Source of the DNA: the human T2T-CHM13v2.0 reference genome, Homo sapiens
DNA: 64,000 nucleotides
Direction: 5' to 3' (one strand)
Assembly (NCBI RefSeq): GCF_009914755.1
Contig: NC_060933.1
Made by a program: the position numbers and the translations under genes. Position 1 is the stretch's first letter. Each line of letters opens with the position of its first letter. Under the pieces are notes generated by a model, which saw nothing but the letters and a program-made list of their open reading frames with translations, made no database searches and had not been told where the DNA came from. This document shows positions 26,908-42,584 of the stretch, piece by piece.

Positions 26908-29565
26908 TTTTTCATTTCAACTTTTATTTTAGGTCCAGAGGGTACATGTGTGAGTTTGTTGCATGAGTATATTGTGTGACACTCATGTATGGGGTACAAA
27001 TAATCCCAACACCAATGTAGAGAACACAATATCCAATAGGCAGTTCTTCAGGCCCTTTCTCCATCCTGCCCTCCCCCACATGGTAGATCCCAGTGTCTAT
27101 TGTGCCCATCTTTATGTCCATGCATAACCAATGTTTAGTTCCCACTTATAAGTGAGAGCATGCAGTATTGGGCTTTCTGTGCCCACATTAATTCACTTAA
27201 GATAATGGTCTCCAGCTGGATCCATATTGATGCAAAGTACATAATTTCTTTCATTTTATGGCTGCATAGTATTCCATGTTATGTTTGTACCACATTTTCT
27301 TTATCCAGTCCATAGCTGATGGACATCTACATTGATTCCATGTCCTCATTAATGTGAATAGTGTTTTGATGAACATATGAATGTATGTGTCTTTTTGGTA
27401 GAATAATTTATTTTCCTTTGGATATAAAGCCAGTAATGGAATTGCTGGGTCGAATCGTCGTTCTTTTGTAAGTTCTTTGAGATATCTCCAAGTTTCGTTC
27501 CACAGGCACTGAAATAGTTTACATTCCCACCAATAATGAACACGCATTCCCTTTTCTCCACAACCCTGTCAACATCTGTTATTTTTTTACTTTTTAATAG
27601 TAGCCATTCTGACTGGTGTGTGATGGTACTTCATTATGGCTTTCATTCGCATTTCTTTCCTGACTTGTGATTTTGAGTAGTTTTTCATATGTTTGTTGGC
27701 GACATGTATGTCTTCTGAGAAGAGCCTGTTCATGTTTTTTGCCCACTTCTTAACAGGGCTGTTCATCTTTTGCTTGTTGATTTGTTCAAGTTTCTTAGAG
27801 ATAGTGGATATTAGATCTCTGTTGGATGCATAGTTTGCAAATATTTTCTCTCTGTCTGTTTACCCTGTTGATAGTTTCTTTTATTGTGCAGAAACCCTTT
27901 AATTTAATCAGGTCCAACTTATCCATTTTTCTTTTGGTTGAAATTGCTTTTGAGGACTTAGTTATGAATTATTTGCCAAAGCTGACGTCAAGAAGGGTAT
28001 TCTCTAGGTTTTCTTATATGACATTTTATAGTTTTAGGTCTTATATTAAAGTCTTTGTTTCATCTCAAATTGACTTTTTTTCTCTGGTAAAAGGTAGGGG
28101 TCCAGTTCAAGCTAGTAGAAGAAAAGAAACAATAAAATCAGAGAAATCAGAGCAGAACTGAACAAAATTGAGACCCCAAAATCCATACAAAGTATACATG
28201 AAACCAAAATCTGTTTTTTGAAAGACTAAACAACAGCTATAGACCTCAGTAGGAAGACTAACAAAGAAAAAAAGAGAAAATATCCAAATAAGCACAGTGA
28301 GAAATGCAGCATAAAAACAATCCTACAGACATACAAATGATCCTCAGATACCCTTTTCCTCTCTGTGCACCAATTCTAAAATCTAGAGTAAATGGATAAA
28401 TTCCTTGGAAATGCACAATCTCCCAAGACTGAATCAGGAAGTAATCAAAACTGAATAGACCAATATCAAGTTCCAAAATTGAATAAACAATTAAAAATCT
28501 ACCAAATATAAAGAGCTCTGAACCAGATGGATTCACAGTTGAATTCTACCAGATGTACAAAAAAGAGTTGGTACCAGTCCTATTGAAACTACTCCAAAAA
28601 CTTGGGAAGAGGAGGTCTTCCCCAACTTACTCTTCAAAGCCAGTATCACTCTGACACCAAAACCTGGCAACTAAGCACCAAAGAAAGAAAGCTGCAGGCT
28701 AATATCCCTCATTAACACAGATGCAAAAATCCTCAACAAAATATTAGCAAACCTAATTCAGCAGTACATCAGTAAGTTAATTTACCACAATCAAGTAGGC
28801 TTTATTCCTGGGATGCAGGGTTGGTTCAAAATATGCAAATCAATAAATGTGATTCGTGCATAAACAGAATTTAAAACAGAAACCATATGAAAATTTCAAT
28901 AGTCACAGAAAAAGCTTTCATTAAAATCCAACATTCCATCATAACAAAATCTCTCAACAAACTAGGGACTGAAGAAACATATCTCAAAATAATGAGTCAT
29001 CTATGACAGCCAACATCATACTGAAGGAGAAAAGCTAGCAGCATTCCCCTAAAGAAATGGAACACGATAAGGATGCTCACTCTCACCTCTTCTATTCAGC
29101 GTAATACTGAATTCAGGTCCTAGCCAGAGCAAACTGGCAAGAAAGAAAAATAAAAGTCATCTAAATAGGCAAAGAAGAAGTCAAACTATCTCTCTTCAGT
29201 GATTATATGATTCTATGGCTAGAAAACCCTAAAAACTGCACCAAAAGGCTTCTTGAGCTGATAAATCACTTCAGTGAAGTTTCAGGATAAAAATCAATGT
29301 AGAAAAATCAGTAACATTTCTATACACCAATAATGTCCAAGCTGAGAACAAAATCAAGAACGCTACTCCATTTACAGTAGGCACAAGGAAAACAAAATAC
29401 TTAGGATTATATCTAACCAAGGAGATAAAATATTTTTATAAGGAGAAATATACAACATTGCTGAAAGAAATCATAGATCATACAAACAAATGGAAAACAT
29501 TTGATGTGCATGGATTGTAAGAACCAACACCATTAAAAAGGCCATACTGCCCAAAGGAATCTACA
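26908..29565 (-). mobile_element. L1 (L1PA15/16-like) with inverted 5' segment
   Basis: Antisense 3' UTR and ORF2 end at 26908-28108; sense ORF2 mid-region at 28109-29565 ('ccagatggattcacag', 'gatgcaaaaatcctcaacaaaat', 'ggccatactgcccaaag'). Confidence 0.92.
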
Positions 29566-29619
29566 AAGTATAGTTTAAAAATGTATAAACAACTTGTACC
29601 AATTTTAAAAGGATAAACA

Positions 29620-30480
29620 ATACAGTAGTACAATGAGCAAAGAATTCCCAAAAGAGGAGTTAGAATAACCAATAAAAGCATGTAAAGAACACCAATATCA
29701 CAAATAAACAGAAAATGACACATTTAAACAGTAAAATATATGTTCATACCTTAATGAGAAAAAAATATACAGAAACACTAACTTCATTTCTCTGAGGGAG
29801 AAATAATTTTAAGTCTTTTAAGTAATGATGAACACTTTAAGCCTAATAAGTCATGTTGGAGAGGAGTATGACAGTAACTAGCCAAATTGATAATACAATT
29901 GAGTCCTTATTTCCACTTCAAGATATATGCAATCAAACATTTTAAAAAGCCTCTTCACAAGGAGTTATGTAAAACAATGTTAATTGCAGCATTGCCATTA
30001 ATGATGAAAATGAAGCTATGTAAATGAATAGCATACTGTATTTAATGCTATGTAACTGTTAAATGAATTAATTACATACACTTCTTTGTTTACGTGAACC
30101 ATTGATGTACAGTAAAATATGTTTTTTAGACAAGAAATTATCAATAGCATATTATTTTAACACAAATATAAACAGAAAACATCTACATGTTTTATACGCA
30201 TATGTATACAGAAATCTGATAAAATAGATTGTAGTGATATACATAAAAAGTCTGACAATATGAATTGTGTGACTTGTGCAGAACAAATGAAGTGGAGAAG
30301 AATAAAATAATGTGGTAAGCTTCTTTAAAAAAAGGTAATGGCTGAATGTATAAATCTTTAAAAATGAAGCCTGAAATATTTAAAAATGTAAAAAGTTTTT
30401 AACTCAAAATGCTTTGTTAGATCATTTTCCTTTGTTCTGTATGCTATCTGCAGCTTTTATATTTTAAATAAAAATTGGTA
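29620..30480 (+). mobile_element. Ancient L1 (L1ME-like) 3' remnant
   Basis: 'caaagaattcccaaaagaggag…aaccaataaaagcatgtaaaga', 'aatgttaattgcagcattg'. Confidence 0.5.
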
Positions 30481-30910
30481 AAAAACATTGAAATGTAAAT
30501 TCATGTATCTATCAAGAGATCTATATGCTTATATAGGCATATAAATACATAAGGAAATACAAGGAGCAGATAACAGTGGCTACCTCTGTGAACTGGTGGC
30601 AGACATTGATAAGACAGTTAGCTTCCACTGCATATAAACTTAAACTGTATGAACTTTTACCAGATAACTGTATTATCTATACATATAAACCAACCAAATA
30701 TAATTGAAGAATAAACAAGCAAAAATGAATGAATAAACAACAAAAAAGAGAGAAAATAGATATAACATCATGGAGGTATAGAAATATATATGAGAAGGGA
30801 AGAAGTAGTAGAAATTAATTCTGAATCAATGTTTCCAACAAAGGTTGTTACTACAGGTATCATTTGAGCAAAGTCCTGAAAAATTATTCCCATTAAAAAT
30901 AAATAGAACA

Positions 30911-31222
<312 letters not shown>

Positions 31223-32277
31223 TCAGAGGAAACAAAAAAGTACATGAAACCAGAAAAAATAATAATGTGGTCTTGTATCATCTGAAGTTTTTAATGAATT
31301 AATAGAATAGGTAAAAATATGTAATATCAAGGAACTTACTTTCTTATTTGCATTTATTTGGCATCATTATCTAGCCTTATTTCTACTTTCTGCTACCATT
31401 TTAATATCTAGTGGAAATAGATATTCTAATTTTAAGTAAACATATGTATTCAATTTGTTGCTTTATAACATAGCCTCTTTTTATCTCAGTTGTGATAGGT
31501 TTTACCATACTGCCTATTTTTAATATTTAAAAACATTTATTTTATTCCATTTGCAAAGGTGAGTAATTTTACCAATAAGTTTTTCAATTTTACTTATATT
31601 TTCTACATTATCAATTTTAAATATATTTATAAATTTTATAGATTTTACATTCATCTGTATACTACATATTATATAGTATAATTACATTCTTCTATATAGT
31701 ATATATTATATACTATAATTATACTATGTATTATATACTATAATTAGATATACTATACAGCTATTAATATCCTTAGAAAGCATGTACTGAGTTTCCATTC
31801 TATTGATGAAAATTATGATATGCTCTGATATTTTCTAGGAACTAAACGAATGCTACATCTGACCTGAGTACTCTATTAAATACAAAATAAAAGATTCGAG
31901 TGTACATTTACACACGAGCATGGTAACTGCATCATTATTTTTAAATGTTTATTTGTAGATACCACATAACATACAATAAATGGGAATCTGTATAATACAT
32001 TCTTTTTCTATATTATGGAATAATATATAGCTACATGAATTATAGTAAGTGAATATTTAGTGATTTTAAAAATTGGTAAAAATATTGCGTTATATGAAAG
32101 GGTATGTTACATATTTCAATATCATGATTCTAAATATTTTACAAGTTATCCGAATAAAAACAAATGTGCTTATAGACATGGTATATGAATCATTTTTTTT
32201 TTCAAAGCCGAATGGCATAAATTTCTAGGTCCTACCTCAATTGTGATTTTTAACAAAATGTATTAAAAATTCAAATT

Positions 32278-32568
32278 AGTCTTGTCCAGTAGCTCAAATC
32301 TCTAATCTCAGCACTTTAGGAAGTTGAGGTGGGAGGATTTCTTGAGCCCATGAGTTTGAGACCAGCCTGGGCAACATGGCAAAACCCCGTCTCTACAGAA
32401 AATACCAAAATTCGTGAGGCATGGTGGCGTAAGCCTGTAGTCTCACCTACTTGGGAAGCTGAGGTGGGAGGATTGCTGGAACCCAGGAGGTTGAGGTTGC
32501 AGTCAGCTGTGATCATGCCACGGCACTCTGGCCTCAGCAACAGGGTGAGACTTGGGTCTCAAAAAAAT
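32278..32568 (+). mobile_element. Alu (AluJo-like)
   Basis: 'gaggtgggaggatt' in both arms, 'gctgtgatcatgccac'; approximate TSD aaaaatt(c)aaat. Confidence 0.93.
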
Positions 32569-34751
32569 TAAATCACTTTATATAATATGTTATGATGGGG
32601 ATTGGCATCAGGGGGTAGTTTTATACTCAACCATAATATTATTATGCTTTTTAACTTTTAATTTTGAAGTAATTTCAGCATGATGAAAGCGGACAATTTT
32701 TACCCAAGAACTGAAATTTAGTATTTCTTGTAACTGAACAACTATGCATTTTGCTTGTTTATACAAGCCATACTTTGTTTCAGCTATTGTTAGTGCACTT
32801 AATAGGAATGCGGATAACAGAATACAAGGTTTCCTAAGACCTTTTCAGATACTCATTGCTTTGTAGTCCATGCCAGACTGAGGTAAAAATTCTTCACATT
32901 TTAAAATACGACTACTTGAGGGGAAACCAGAGGTCTGGGAAAAATAGCATGTTAGCAAAGATTTGAATCAATCAATATATAAGTAAATCGATAATTTATT
33001 GTTTAATGGATCAATGAACATTTGAATAAGATGTAGTAAAATTTTCTCTATATATTTGAAGTTTGTATATTCCTTAATTGTAAATGCTATATATATAATA
33101 TTCTATATGTTATTGAATAACATATAATTCACTAAAAGCTTGAATATCTTTTTAAAGTATATTAAATATAAGCAGGTCTTTATGCAAATATTTTTAAATC
33201 TTTGCACAAGGAGATTGGTCCTCTCTAAGCTTTGCATGAGATGGGAAAGGAGTTTGGACTAAATAGTTTTTATAATCTTTTAAAATCTGAAATGTATTTT
33301 GAATGCTAGTTCTCCTCTTCAAAGAGTAGTCAATAAAATGGGGAAAGACTAGAAATAAAGACAACATTATAAAAGTTCTACAGTAGACATGGTTAGGTAT
33401 CTTTTCCACCTTTGAAACACTATATTATATTTATTTATTTACTGTGGAAGAGCATCATCCACAGCACTGCACCCTCACAGTCAACATTATGCCCAGTCCC
33501 ATGGTCCACATTAATTTGACTAGTGTTTAAAACATCCTTATCAATCTATTGGACCTCCCCATAAGATGCTGTAATAAGCCATGGGAGACTCTAAGCCAGT
33601 TCTTGCTGATGATTAAATATGTAACCTGTAAATTCAGGTTACTCTGTGAAAATGTGCTTGGCAATGAGCAAGGAATAGAGAATGCTTGGATTAGAAATAT
33701 TAATAGACTGCAAAGAAGAAAGTAATCAACAACAGAGACTTAGTTCATTGTAAGGGTCTATTATTTTCTGGATCCTGTCCATTGCCAAAAGAATCATCAC
33801 TATATTTCAGCTGCAAGATTTTGTGAAACAACTATATATCCTCATTCCAAATTCTGCTTTTGAACTCTTAAGGTAGCTTAGGTTACTTATAGTTAGTTGC
33901 AACTGTAGTTTAATAGATCTAAGTTCTATATAGGAGAAATTACCAAATCAATAATTTTAAGAAAGCTAGTCCCTAAGTGCTCCTAAAATGCCACACTCAA
34001 AAGACATAGTGAGAGAATATAACAAGCATGCAGTCTAGCCTAAAAATGAGTCAAAGAAAACACCATCAGTTAGAATTCTAACACAAGCTTGTTCAAGCAC
34101 AGAATATCCCATTTTTCTTGATTTCATCGTTTTGCTAAGCCATTCTTGAATCCTCAGTTTTTAATAGGGTTATTGTAATTAGACTTAGATAATAACGTTC
34201 CTTTTCAGAGACCTAGTCTTTTTTTTTTTTGCTTTGCTTTCTTTATATCATTCTTTGATTCTCAGTGATTAATAACAGTGTCATTAAGCTAATAGCAGGT
34301 CACTAAGTGGATGCAGATTGGCGACATTAACCAGAGGATACCTGTGAAGCAGACTGAACCACCACACATAATAAATCATGCCTTTTGCCAGGCTGGAGTA
34401 AAAATTCTCTGCTTATTCCAGAGGAGTTAATTTGCAGAGAAGAGACAAAATTCAAAAGCAAGTTATAACTCAATTCTTAGAAGTGACTGAGATTTTCTAC
34501 TTGTTATTAATGGATATATCTTCTTTTAAATACTAACTTTTAAATTAGTGTTATTCAAGTAAATTGTTGGTTGATTTTCAGCAAGTTATTTAAAAGTAAA
34601 GAATTATGAAATATTTTAACAGAAAAAGACAGATATAATCTATCAGCTATTTGCATAGATTAATAAAGAGAATGTTACTTTCTCAAAGTCACATAGAAAA
34701 TGGGTCAAAAGTTTAGGCTTACCTCTGGTTCTGATGATTTTGAACAGCTGT

Positions 34752-34780
34752 TGTGTGTGTGTGTGTGTGTGTGTGTGTGT
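34752..34780. repeat. (TG)n microsatellite
   Basis: About 14 TG units next to the FLAM tail. Confidence 0.95.
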
Positions 34781-34792
34781 CTTGTGTAGTCT

Positions 34793-34918
34793 ATTTTTTT
34801 AATAGATACGGGGTCTCACTATGTTGCCCAGGCTAGCCTTAAACTTTGGGCTCAAGGAATCCTCTCACCTCGGCCTCCCAAAGTGCTGGGAGTACAGGAG
34901 TGAGCACCATGCTCAGCC
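34793..34918 (-). mobile_element. FLAM / free left Alu monomer
   Basis: 'ggggtctcactatgttgcccaggct…gggctcaagg…cctcccaaagtgctggga'; no right arm. Confidence 0.88.
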
Positions 34919-37759
34919 CTTATAGCCTTTCGATTGTATATAATTGTTTATTTACATTACTAAATAAGCAATGTATTAAATTAACAATCTTTTTAGCTCA
35001 CTATTTTAAAAGGCCATTATGGACCAATTCCTGTGATCATTTCTGAGGTTACTATGGAGAATAAATATGGTCACAGTCCTCAAGAACCCACGATGGAGAG
35101 AGATCGGAGTTACAAATGCAAATATCTGTTATGTAGAGCGGTATGTAGTATGGAAGAGGATCGATAACCTGATGGAGAAACACACAATATGCTTTGGAGT
35201 CTCAGAAAGAGACTTTAATTATAGAAAATGTAAAATTGACTATGCTGTGTTGTATGTTTGGGTTTGAAAGTAGAAAAAAATCTTCCTATTAATTGGTATC
35301 AATAATTAAGCATCCTCTGTGAAACTAAAATTATTTTAAACACTCATACTATCTATCTATCCATCCATTTTTTGCACTTACCTATCTACTTCCTTATAAC
35401 AATATCAGAAATGAAAGTTATTTGTCTGTTTCAAATAAAATAAAATTAAAAGAAAAAGACCAAGAAAAATATTTTTAAAGCAATTAGAACTATAACAAAT
35501 CCAAATTTGCCTGATTCTTTCCTTAAAAGAGGAAAATTTTGCAAATGAAGTTTTTTTCCCCTGCAGAGTTGAAAGCCAAACTATAAAAATTTATTGGTTT
35601 CTGAAATTTATTGGTTCCTAAAATTTTCTCGTTTTCCCAGATTCATGTTTCATATGACAAGTTAAACCATGCAAAAGTATATAAAGTGTTCAGAAATAGA
35701 AAGTAAATAGCATCAAGTAATCTTCTAGCTGCATTATTCACAGAGATATTGCTGTGCATAAAATGAAATGGTAACAGTCAGATCCAGGATGAGTGTGAGG
35801 TACAAGAGTCAATCCCTAATATTTGGTACTGATATCTGCAAAAGTTTGTATAGACTTTTGTCCTCTGAAAAGCACATTGCTTTCAAGTGGTATCAATATT
35901 TAGTTAAAAAAAAACTTCATGAATTCATGATTTCTGACTACTTCTCAGATTTCTCTCTTGAAAAAAGGGGTCTTACACCACATTTTAAATGTTGACAATA
36001 TAAAAAATGATAAATCTGAGCCAAGTCTCTCTTCTGATGAAAAATAGGTTCTCCTCCATACTCTCAAATTCCTCCTATCTGTGGTACCCATTTTTCATAT
36101 TTGTAGAAATGTAATCTAGACATTTAAACAGTCCAATTAGAGACATGAAAATATTCCATTATGATTGGCCTTCTTACAAAATATAAGCTGCTTCTAGTCC
36201 TTAAAACAATTTAAATTATGGGGCGAGGTATTGGGGGGTGAGAAATAAAAAAAAAAAAGAAATAGGTTGCGTGCTACATAAATCATTGTATATATCTATA
36301 TACACACACACACACATATTCACATGCATATATATGAAAGTGAACATCTCATTGGTATTGAAATGTACACATTAATTTATTTTTATATATTTAACTGTAC
36401 CAGTATAAACCTTATATTTCTAAAGAGACTTTATTTAAATATAATTTATTTTAGCCAATGGAAAACATGTGTCTATTTTCTTTTTCACTAAAATGATTTT
36501 CCAAACTGTAGCACTTCATTGAAACTCTATTGCGTCCTAAGTGAAATTTTCCTTATGATTCATTTTCACTTAATTTCCATTGAATTTACCTAATGATTTG
36601 TTGCAAAGATTAAATAAAAAGGAGAAAAAAAATATTGATAGTTACTACATAACACAAAATGTTCACATATTATAATAGTTAATATCGTACTAAACTAAAG
36701 GGATTATCTTTATTTAAAAATATGAAATATAGGTTCATTTATATGTTGCCATAATAATGAAATTATTAACTATCATTATATTATAAATTTTAATTCTATG
36801 GGATTAAATATACATATATATTATTTATATATATACGTATATTCATTCAACTTCCTCACATTTCCTGCTGACTCTCCTCCATTTCTCTGTCATGCTGTAT
36901 ATACACTTAAATCTGTCACATAGAGACTGTCTACTTGATTGAAATGGATAGTAGACAGCACCACAATGTAATATTGCCTTGGACTCAGAATAGCTATTGC
37001 TCCTGTGCTCTGTAGGGCAAGCCACACTATTTTTTCATTTTTCTTTCAATGCCTGTCTACCTTTTATATTATTGGTTTCTTATGTCTGCTGACCAAGACA
37101 TAAGAAATTCTGTGAGCCTGTCAGAATCATACAATCATGAAATATACCATTCCTTGTCTTTCATGTGCATTTAAAGGGTCATATGAGGATGGACATTTAG
37201 GCTACTTATAGTTTATCACTTTTGCAATAATGCAGTATTCACAATTTTTTATCTACTAAGTGTTCATACGAGTGAAAGAAAATATTAAAATTAAAATAGT
37301 GGGGTTAAAGGTGTAGTCCTCATTTTAATATAGATCGGTGTCAACATTTACACTAAAATAGTGCTCTAATTTATATTCATAAAGTGTATAAAGGGAAGCA
37401 CCTGTTACTCTATCTTTTTTCCAACCGTGGAGTTTATTTATTATGTATAATAATAACTTGGTGTCAATTACACAGGGAGAACAGTATAGGCAAATTGGGT
37501 GTAAATTACAGAGACCAGTCTTTACTTACACAGAAGAGTTTGGCAATCTGAAGGAGTGGTTTGGAGCACACTTTATCCTTAGCCTGAGGTATCAATACTT
37601 GCCTATAATTTAAAATAAAAAGGGCATTCTTCTTTCGTTGGTTTTTATAGGAGTTTAGGTGAACTCCACTTCTGTTGACAATAAAGGTATTTATCAAATG
37701 ATAAAATATGCAGGGGGGAAATTACATATTTTAACTTAACTGGACTTTGAAGGCAAGAG

Positions 37760-37930
37760 TCATTAGAAAATATTGACTCTGGAGCCAGGCTGACTGATTC
37801 TGAAACCTGGCTCTAGCATTTATTGTGTGGTCCTTGGCAAGACAGCTAACTGCCCTGTTTCTGGTCTTATTTATTTGTTTTTGAAATGGAATAACGATAT
37901 TACGCAGGACTTTACAGGAGGATGTAAAGA
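37760..37930 (+). mobile_element. MIR SINE, interrupted by L1
   Basis: 'gactctggagccag…cctggctctagcatttattgtgtggtccttggcaag'; appears to resume at ~38270-38310. Confidence 0.7.
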
Positions 37931-38175
37931 ATGACTTTTTAGATTCCACATATAAGTGAGATCATACGGTATTTGTCTCTCTGTGCTTGGCTTATTTCAC
38001 TCAGTATAATGTCCTCCAGTTCCACCCATGTCACAAATGACAGCATTCTCTTCTTTTATAAAGCTGTAGCATTCCATTGTGTAAATATACCACATTTTCT
38101 TTATCCATTTTTATATTAATGGACACTTACATTGTGTCTTTATGTTCAGTATTATGAATAATGCTGAAATGTTCT
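37931..38175 (-). mobile_element. L1MA-type fragment
   Basis: 'tttagattccacatataagtgagatcatacggtatttgtc…ggcttatttcactcag'. Confidence 0.88.
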
Positions 38176-39717
38176 TTAAAAATGTTATTTTTAAAAATAA
38201 AAATAACCTAGATTAGGTACCAAAAAGAAGACAAGAAAAAGAAAAGAAGTGTACCTAGAGTAAGAACTAAAGGAGTAAAAACGTATGTAGAGTGGTTAGA
38301 ACAGTTTCTGGTGTGATTTTTAGCTAGTAATTTTATTTCTATACTTATATCGTACATTAAAATAGTATAAAACATTTTGCATTAAATAATAACAATCTAA
38401 TCAATAGACAAATATTTATTGATGTCACATTTATGGCAAAAATATTTGGTATTGAAAAGAAATATATATTTCAAATTATAAATATGTAATAAATGTTGAT
38501 TGCTTAGGTTTACATAAATATTGTCTAACAATAAAATGCAGCACATGCCGTGCCAGATTTGTGACCCAGAAAACAATCTGGAACACTGGGACTTCCCAGA
38601 TATTGTAGTAGCAGAAAGACCCTGGTAATAGAAAGACAATCCTGGCATAAGATGTTAAACTGGACTGCATTATGAGATATCTGAATAACTAGACTCTTAA
38701 AAGCAAATTTATATTTATGGATCTAAATTCCATCATTTATTAAATAGAAGTATGGGACCATAAATTATCCAGGAGGTCTTCCAACTCCCCAGTTCTATTT
38801 GTTTTAAATCTGTGAACAAGCTCTGCAGGTATATAGAATAATGAGAAAAAAATGAACATAATAATAAAAGAAGGAACTTAAGTATTCATATTCAGGTTCA
38901 AGTGGTAATTATTTTCTAGAAAATTTTGCTGCCTAATTACATTTTTTATTGGGCTTGTTATTATTTTCATGTATTGGTCATTAAGGATGTGCTAGGTTTT
39001 ACGTTAAATGGTTTTATTTTATCTAATAGCTTTGTTTAACTACATAACCGTAATTTTTAATAGATAGTTTTAATACAGTATGTCATCAGTATAACCTCTT
39101 ATGAACTATCAAAGTGGCTTATTCGCTGAATTGTTTTTGAATTCAATACAAGTTAAAGGTTTGTAAATAGGGCACTGTGACATATTATAAGAACTATCAT
39201 TCAAGAAGGATTAGTTTTTGTGACAAGGAGAACCAGGGCAATCAAATGGGCCTTAGTCTTCTATTTATAACATTGGGATATTAATGCTCACTTAATGATG
39301 TAATGAATATTAGTTACACATTGTGGCTGCAAACATCTTTTACATAACCTTCATGTGTATAAAGAATTCATCATATTATCAATCTTACCTCTAAAATGTA
39401 GGAGCCAGAATGTGGCCTTGACTATTCCAATCAGATGAGCCCCCAGAAATCTTAGAGTAAATAGAAACCTGAGCAAAGAGCTTTGCAGACTCTATATCCT
39501 GGTAAAGGTTCTAAGTAGAACATCTGGCTTTTGACATGACTGGTAATGGGGTTGCAAGCTCTTCATCTGTATAACCAGTTGTGGTATCAATGACAGGAAG
39601 CAATGCTATCCATGCTGCAAAGGAGCTGATGTGAACTAAATTTTTTTTCCTGGCTACAAATACTCAAATCCAGTTTTGGTTTGGTGAGCATTCCTGGGTA
39701 TATTGTGAGCATTCTAC

Positions 39718-40040
<323 letters not shown>

Positions 40041-41304
40041 ACATTCTCATATCTTTAAATTGACAATATATTTTTACTAGCCAGAGTAGGTCTCTAAAAT
40101 TTATAAGTATGTATTTTGGTTGATATTTTTGTTAGATAAAATAATTTAAATGCCCAGAACATGTGATTGTGCAAAATTTGTTTTCAATGGATGTTCATCT
40201 AAAGAAATGTTTGACTTCAGGGTCAAAATAGTGTGACTTCAGGGTAAGATGATGCTTCAAGAAGAGGTATATATCTCAACACTTGAAGAGAGATTAATGA
40301 CATTAATCAAAACATTGGAAAATAAAAGTAATAATAATAATAAACTTTTGCCATTGCAAACGGGATAAATGTACCACCCATCTTTCATTCATTTCAATAT
40401 ATTTATTTTAGACTGTGTGCTTTTGGGAAAGTGACTGCTGTCCTAGTCATAAATTCAAAAATATACTTGATAGTATAAATATCTTAGTGGTTCGAAAGTA
40501 GAAGGAATTAAAAATTTTAGATACAGAAAATATTTCACCAGAAATTTTGTTTTAATTTTGTAATTTAAAATAAAAATAGACTTTATTTATTCTATAAAGA
40601 GTTAAAAATAACAGTAACATGAATTCCTCTTCTTTGTAAGAAATTAATTTTTTAAAATATAAAAGCGTTCAGATATTGCCTTTGGGAGCTTTAGTCTGTG
40701 TGTTATAGAAAGAGTCCAGCTTTGGGCCTGATTAAGGCTAAGTTCCTAAGTCTGATTATATGATTCACTGCATTTATTGTGAGCGTAAAGCAAATCTGAA
40801 GTGCCAGTTCAGTTCTCTAATGTAATTTCAAAATTCTATAAATATCAGAACATAATAGGGAATTATTTCTGAGAGATATTTACATTTTTATTTAGAATGT
40901 TAAATGAATAGCAAATTTTAGTCTTATTGTAGTGTCATGGAACTTGTCTTCTAGAGACACTAAAAGAACATATATATACATATATATATATACAGTCAAG
41001 ATATCATGTTATACACCTCAAATATACACAATTTTGTCAATTATACCTTCAAAAAGATGGAAAAAAGAACAGGAAGCATAACTCATAATTTAAAAATCAG
41101 AATTCAGCGTTCAGAGATACTCTGAAAATATGTGGAACAAAAGGCCTACAAGTCAAAAATAAAAATCCATATATTTTCTTTGTATATTCCAAGTAGAAAA
41201 ATTATAAGCATATTTCTGTCTCTCATTCTTTAAGAAATGGAAAATTGAAGAATAAAGGAAGGAAAGACAGATGGATGCTCTGGGCTAACACCTAACTTAA
41301 AGAC

Positions 41305-41656
41305 TTTGCGATGATTGCTCCTTCTGGTCATACTGTGCTTTCTCCCCGATATTCGTATGGCTAATTCACTTGCTTACCTTAAATGTCACTTTCTTGTCAA
41401 TGTCTGCTCTGACCATCCTATGTGAGATTTGAATTTTCCCACATCTCTGATGTTCTATACCCCATTTCATTCTACTTCCATAACACTTAAAACTGCTCAA
41501 TACATAATTTATAAATTATATAACATAACATATAATTTGTAAATTTATTTTGTAAGCACTGAAAAAAATAGATTTTTATGTCTTTTGTATCTTGAGGGCT
41601 GAGGATATTCCTGACATATAGTAGGGGCTCGTTGTACTTGTTTAAAATGTGAATGA
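41305..41656 (+). mobile_element. L2 3' region
   Basis: 'aaatgtcactttct…ctctgaccatccta', 'cctgacatatagtaggggctc…tgtttaaaatgtgaatga'. Confidence 0.75.
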
Positions 41657-42584
41657 TATAAAAAATATGTCAATAATATATTGTTAAATTACACAAGTAT
41701 GTACTGAAAAATATGCACTTTTAACATAAAATCCCATTATTAGTTTTCAATAAATAGGTATGTAAATTATGTGTGAACAGATGTGCCCCAAGATATTAAC
41801 AATGTTAATGCAAGTATATTCATATTGTAGATGACATACATATTGGCTTGCTTGTTTAGTTTACTTTTATCTTTATTTTATTTTCTTTTTTTCTAAATTA
41901 ACATTGATTACTTATTTTAAGAGATATACATGGAAAGAATAAAAGAACAACAGAAAAAAGAAAGACAGAAGAAGAGTAATAAAGCTATGGCTTATATTTC
42001 AAGACTCTCCTCTGAAATAAAAACAAATGGCTGAGAGAATATAAAAGTTTGGGGAAAATGCAGTACTTTTTCAGAATTCACTTTCTTTAATGCACTTTTA
42101 TTCTGTAACTACTCCACAAAATTAGTTTATCCACCTTTAGCAATTTATTATTCATATTAGTTCATTATTTTGTATGTAGTCTTTGCACTGAAAATGCACA
42201 AAATTTATGATAGCTACTTTATTCAAGTGGTTTATACACATGTAGATTATTAGACAGACTTTAACTGGACATCATTTTCATAGGATGTTAACATAATCTC
42301 TTTAAAGAAATGCCTCCCAGATACACTAACACTTAAACATTAGTTAGTACTTTGCATTTATATTTGCTCATTCTGTAATTCCATTTCTTATCATGCTGTC
42401 TGATTATTTTTCTCTTTAAGTTAGAATACAGAGTCACAGACTGTAGCCTGAGTTCTGATTGGAATTGACTCAAACATTAGCATTTAATCTTCTCCAATCA
42501 AACTGCAATAAAGAATCATGAAAATTAAAGAGAAAATTAATAACAAATTATACAAATATATACTCCTCAAAAGTAAGTGCACTG

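Noticed and set aside
35030-35267. Patch with several CpGs and a 66 aa ORF
   Set aside because: It resembles a degraded antisense L2 segment, is far too short and AT-rich for a CpG island, and the peptide is unrecognised.
35587-35620. 17 bp imperfect tandem duplication (aaatttattggtttctg / aaatttattggttccta)
   Set aside because: An ordinary old slippage event with no further structure.
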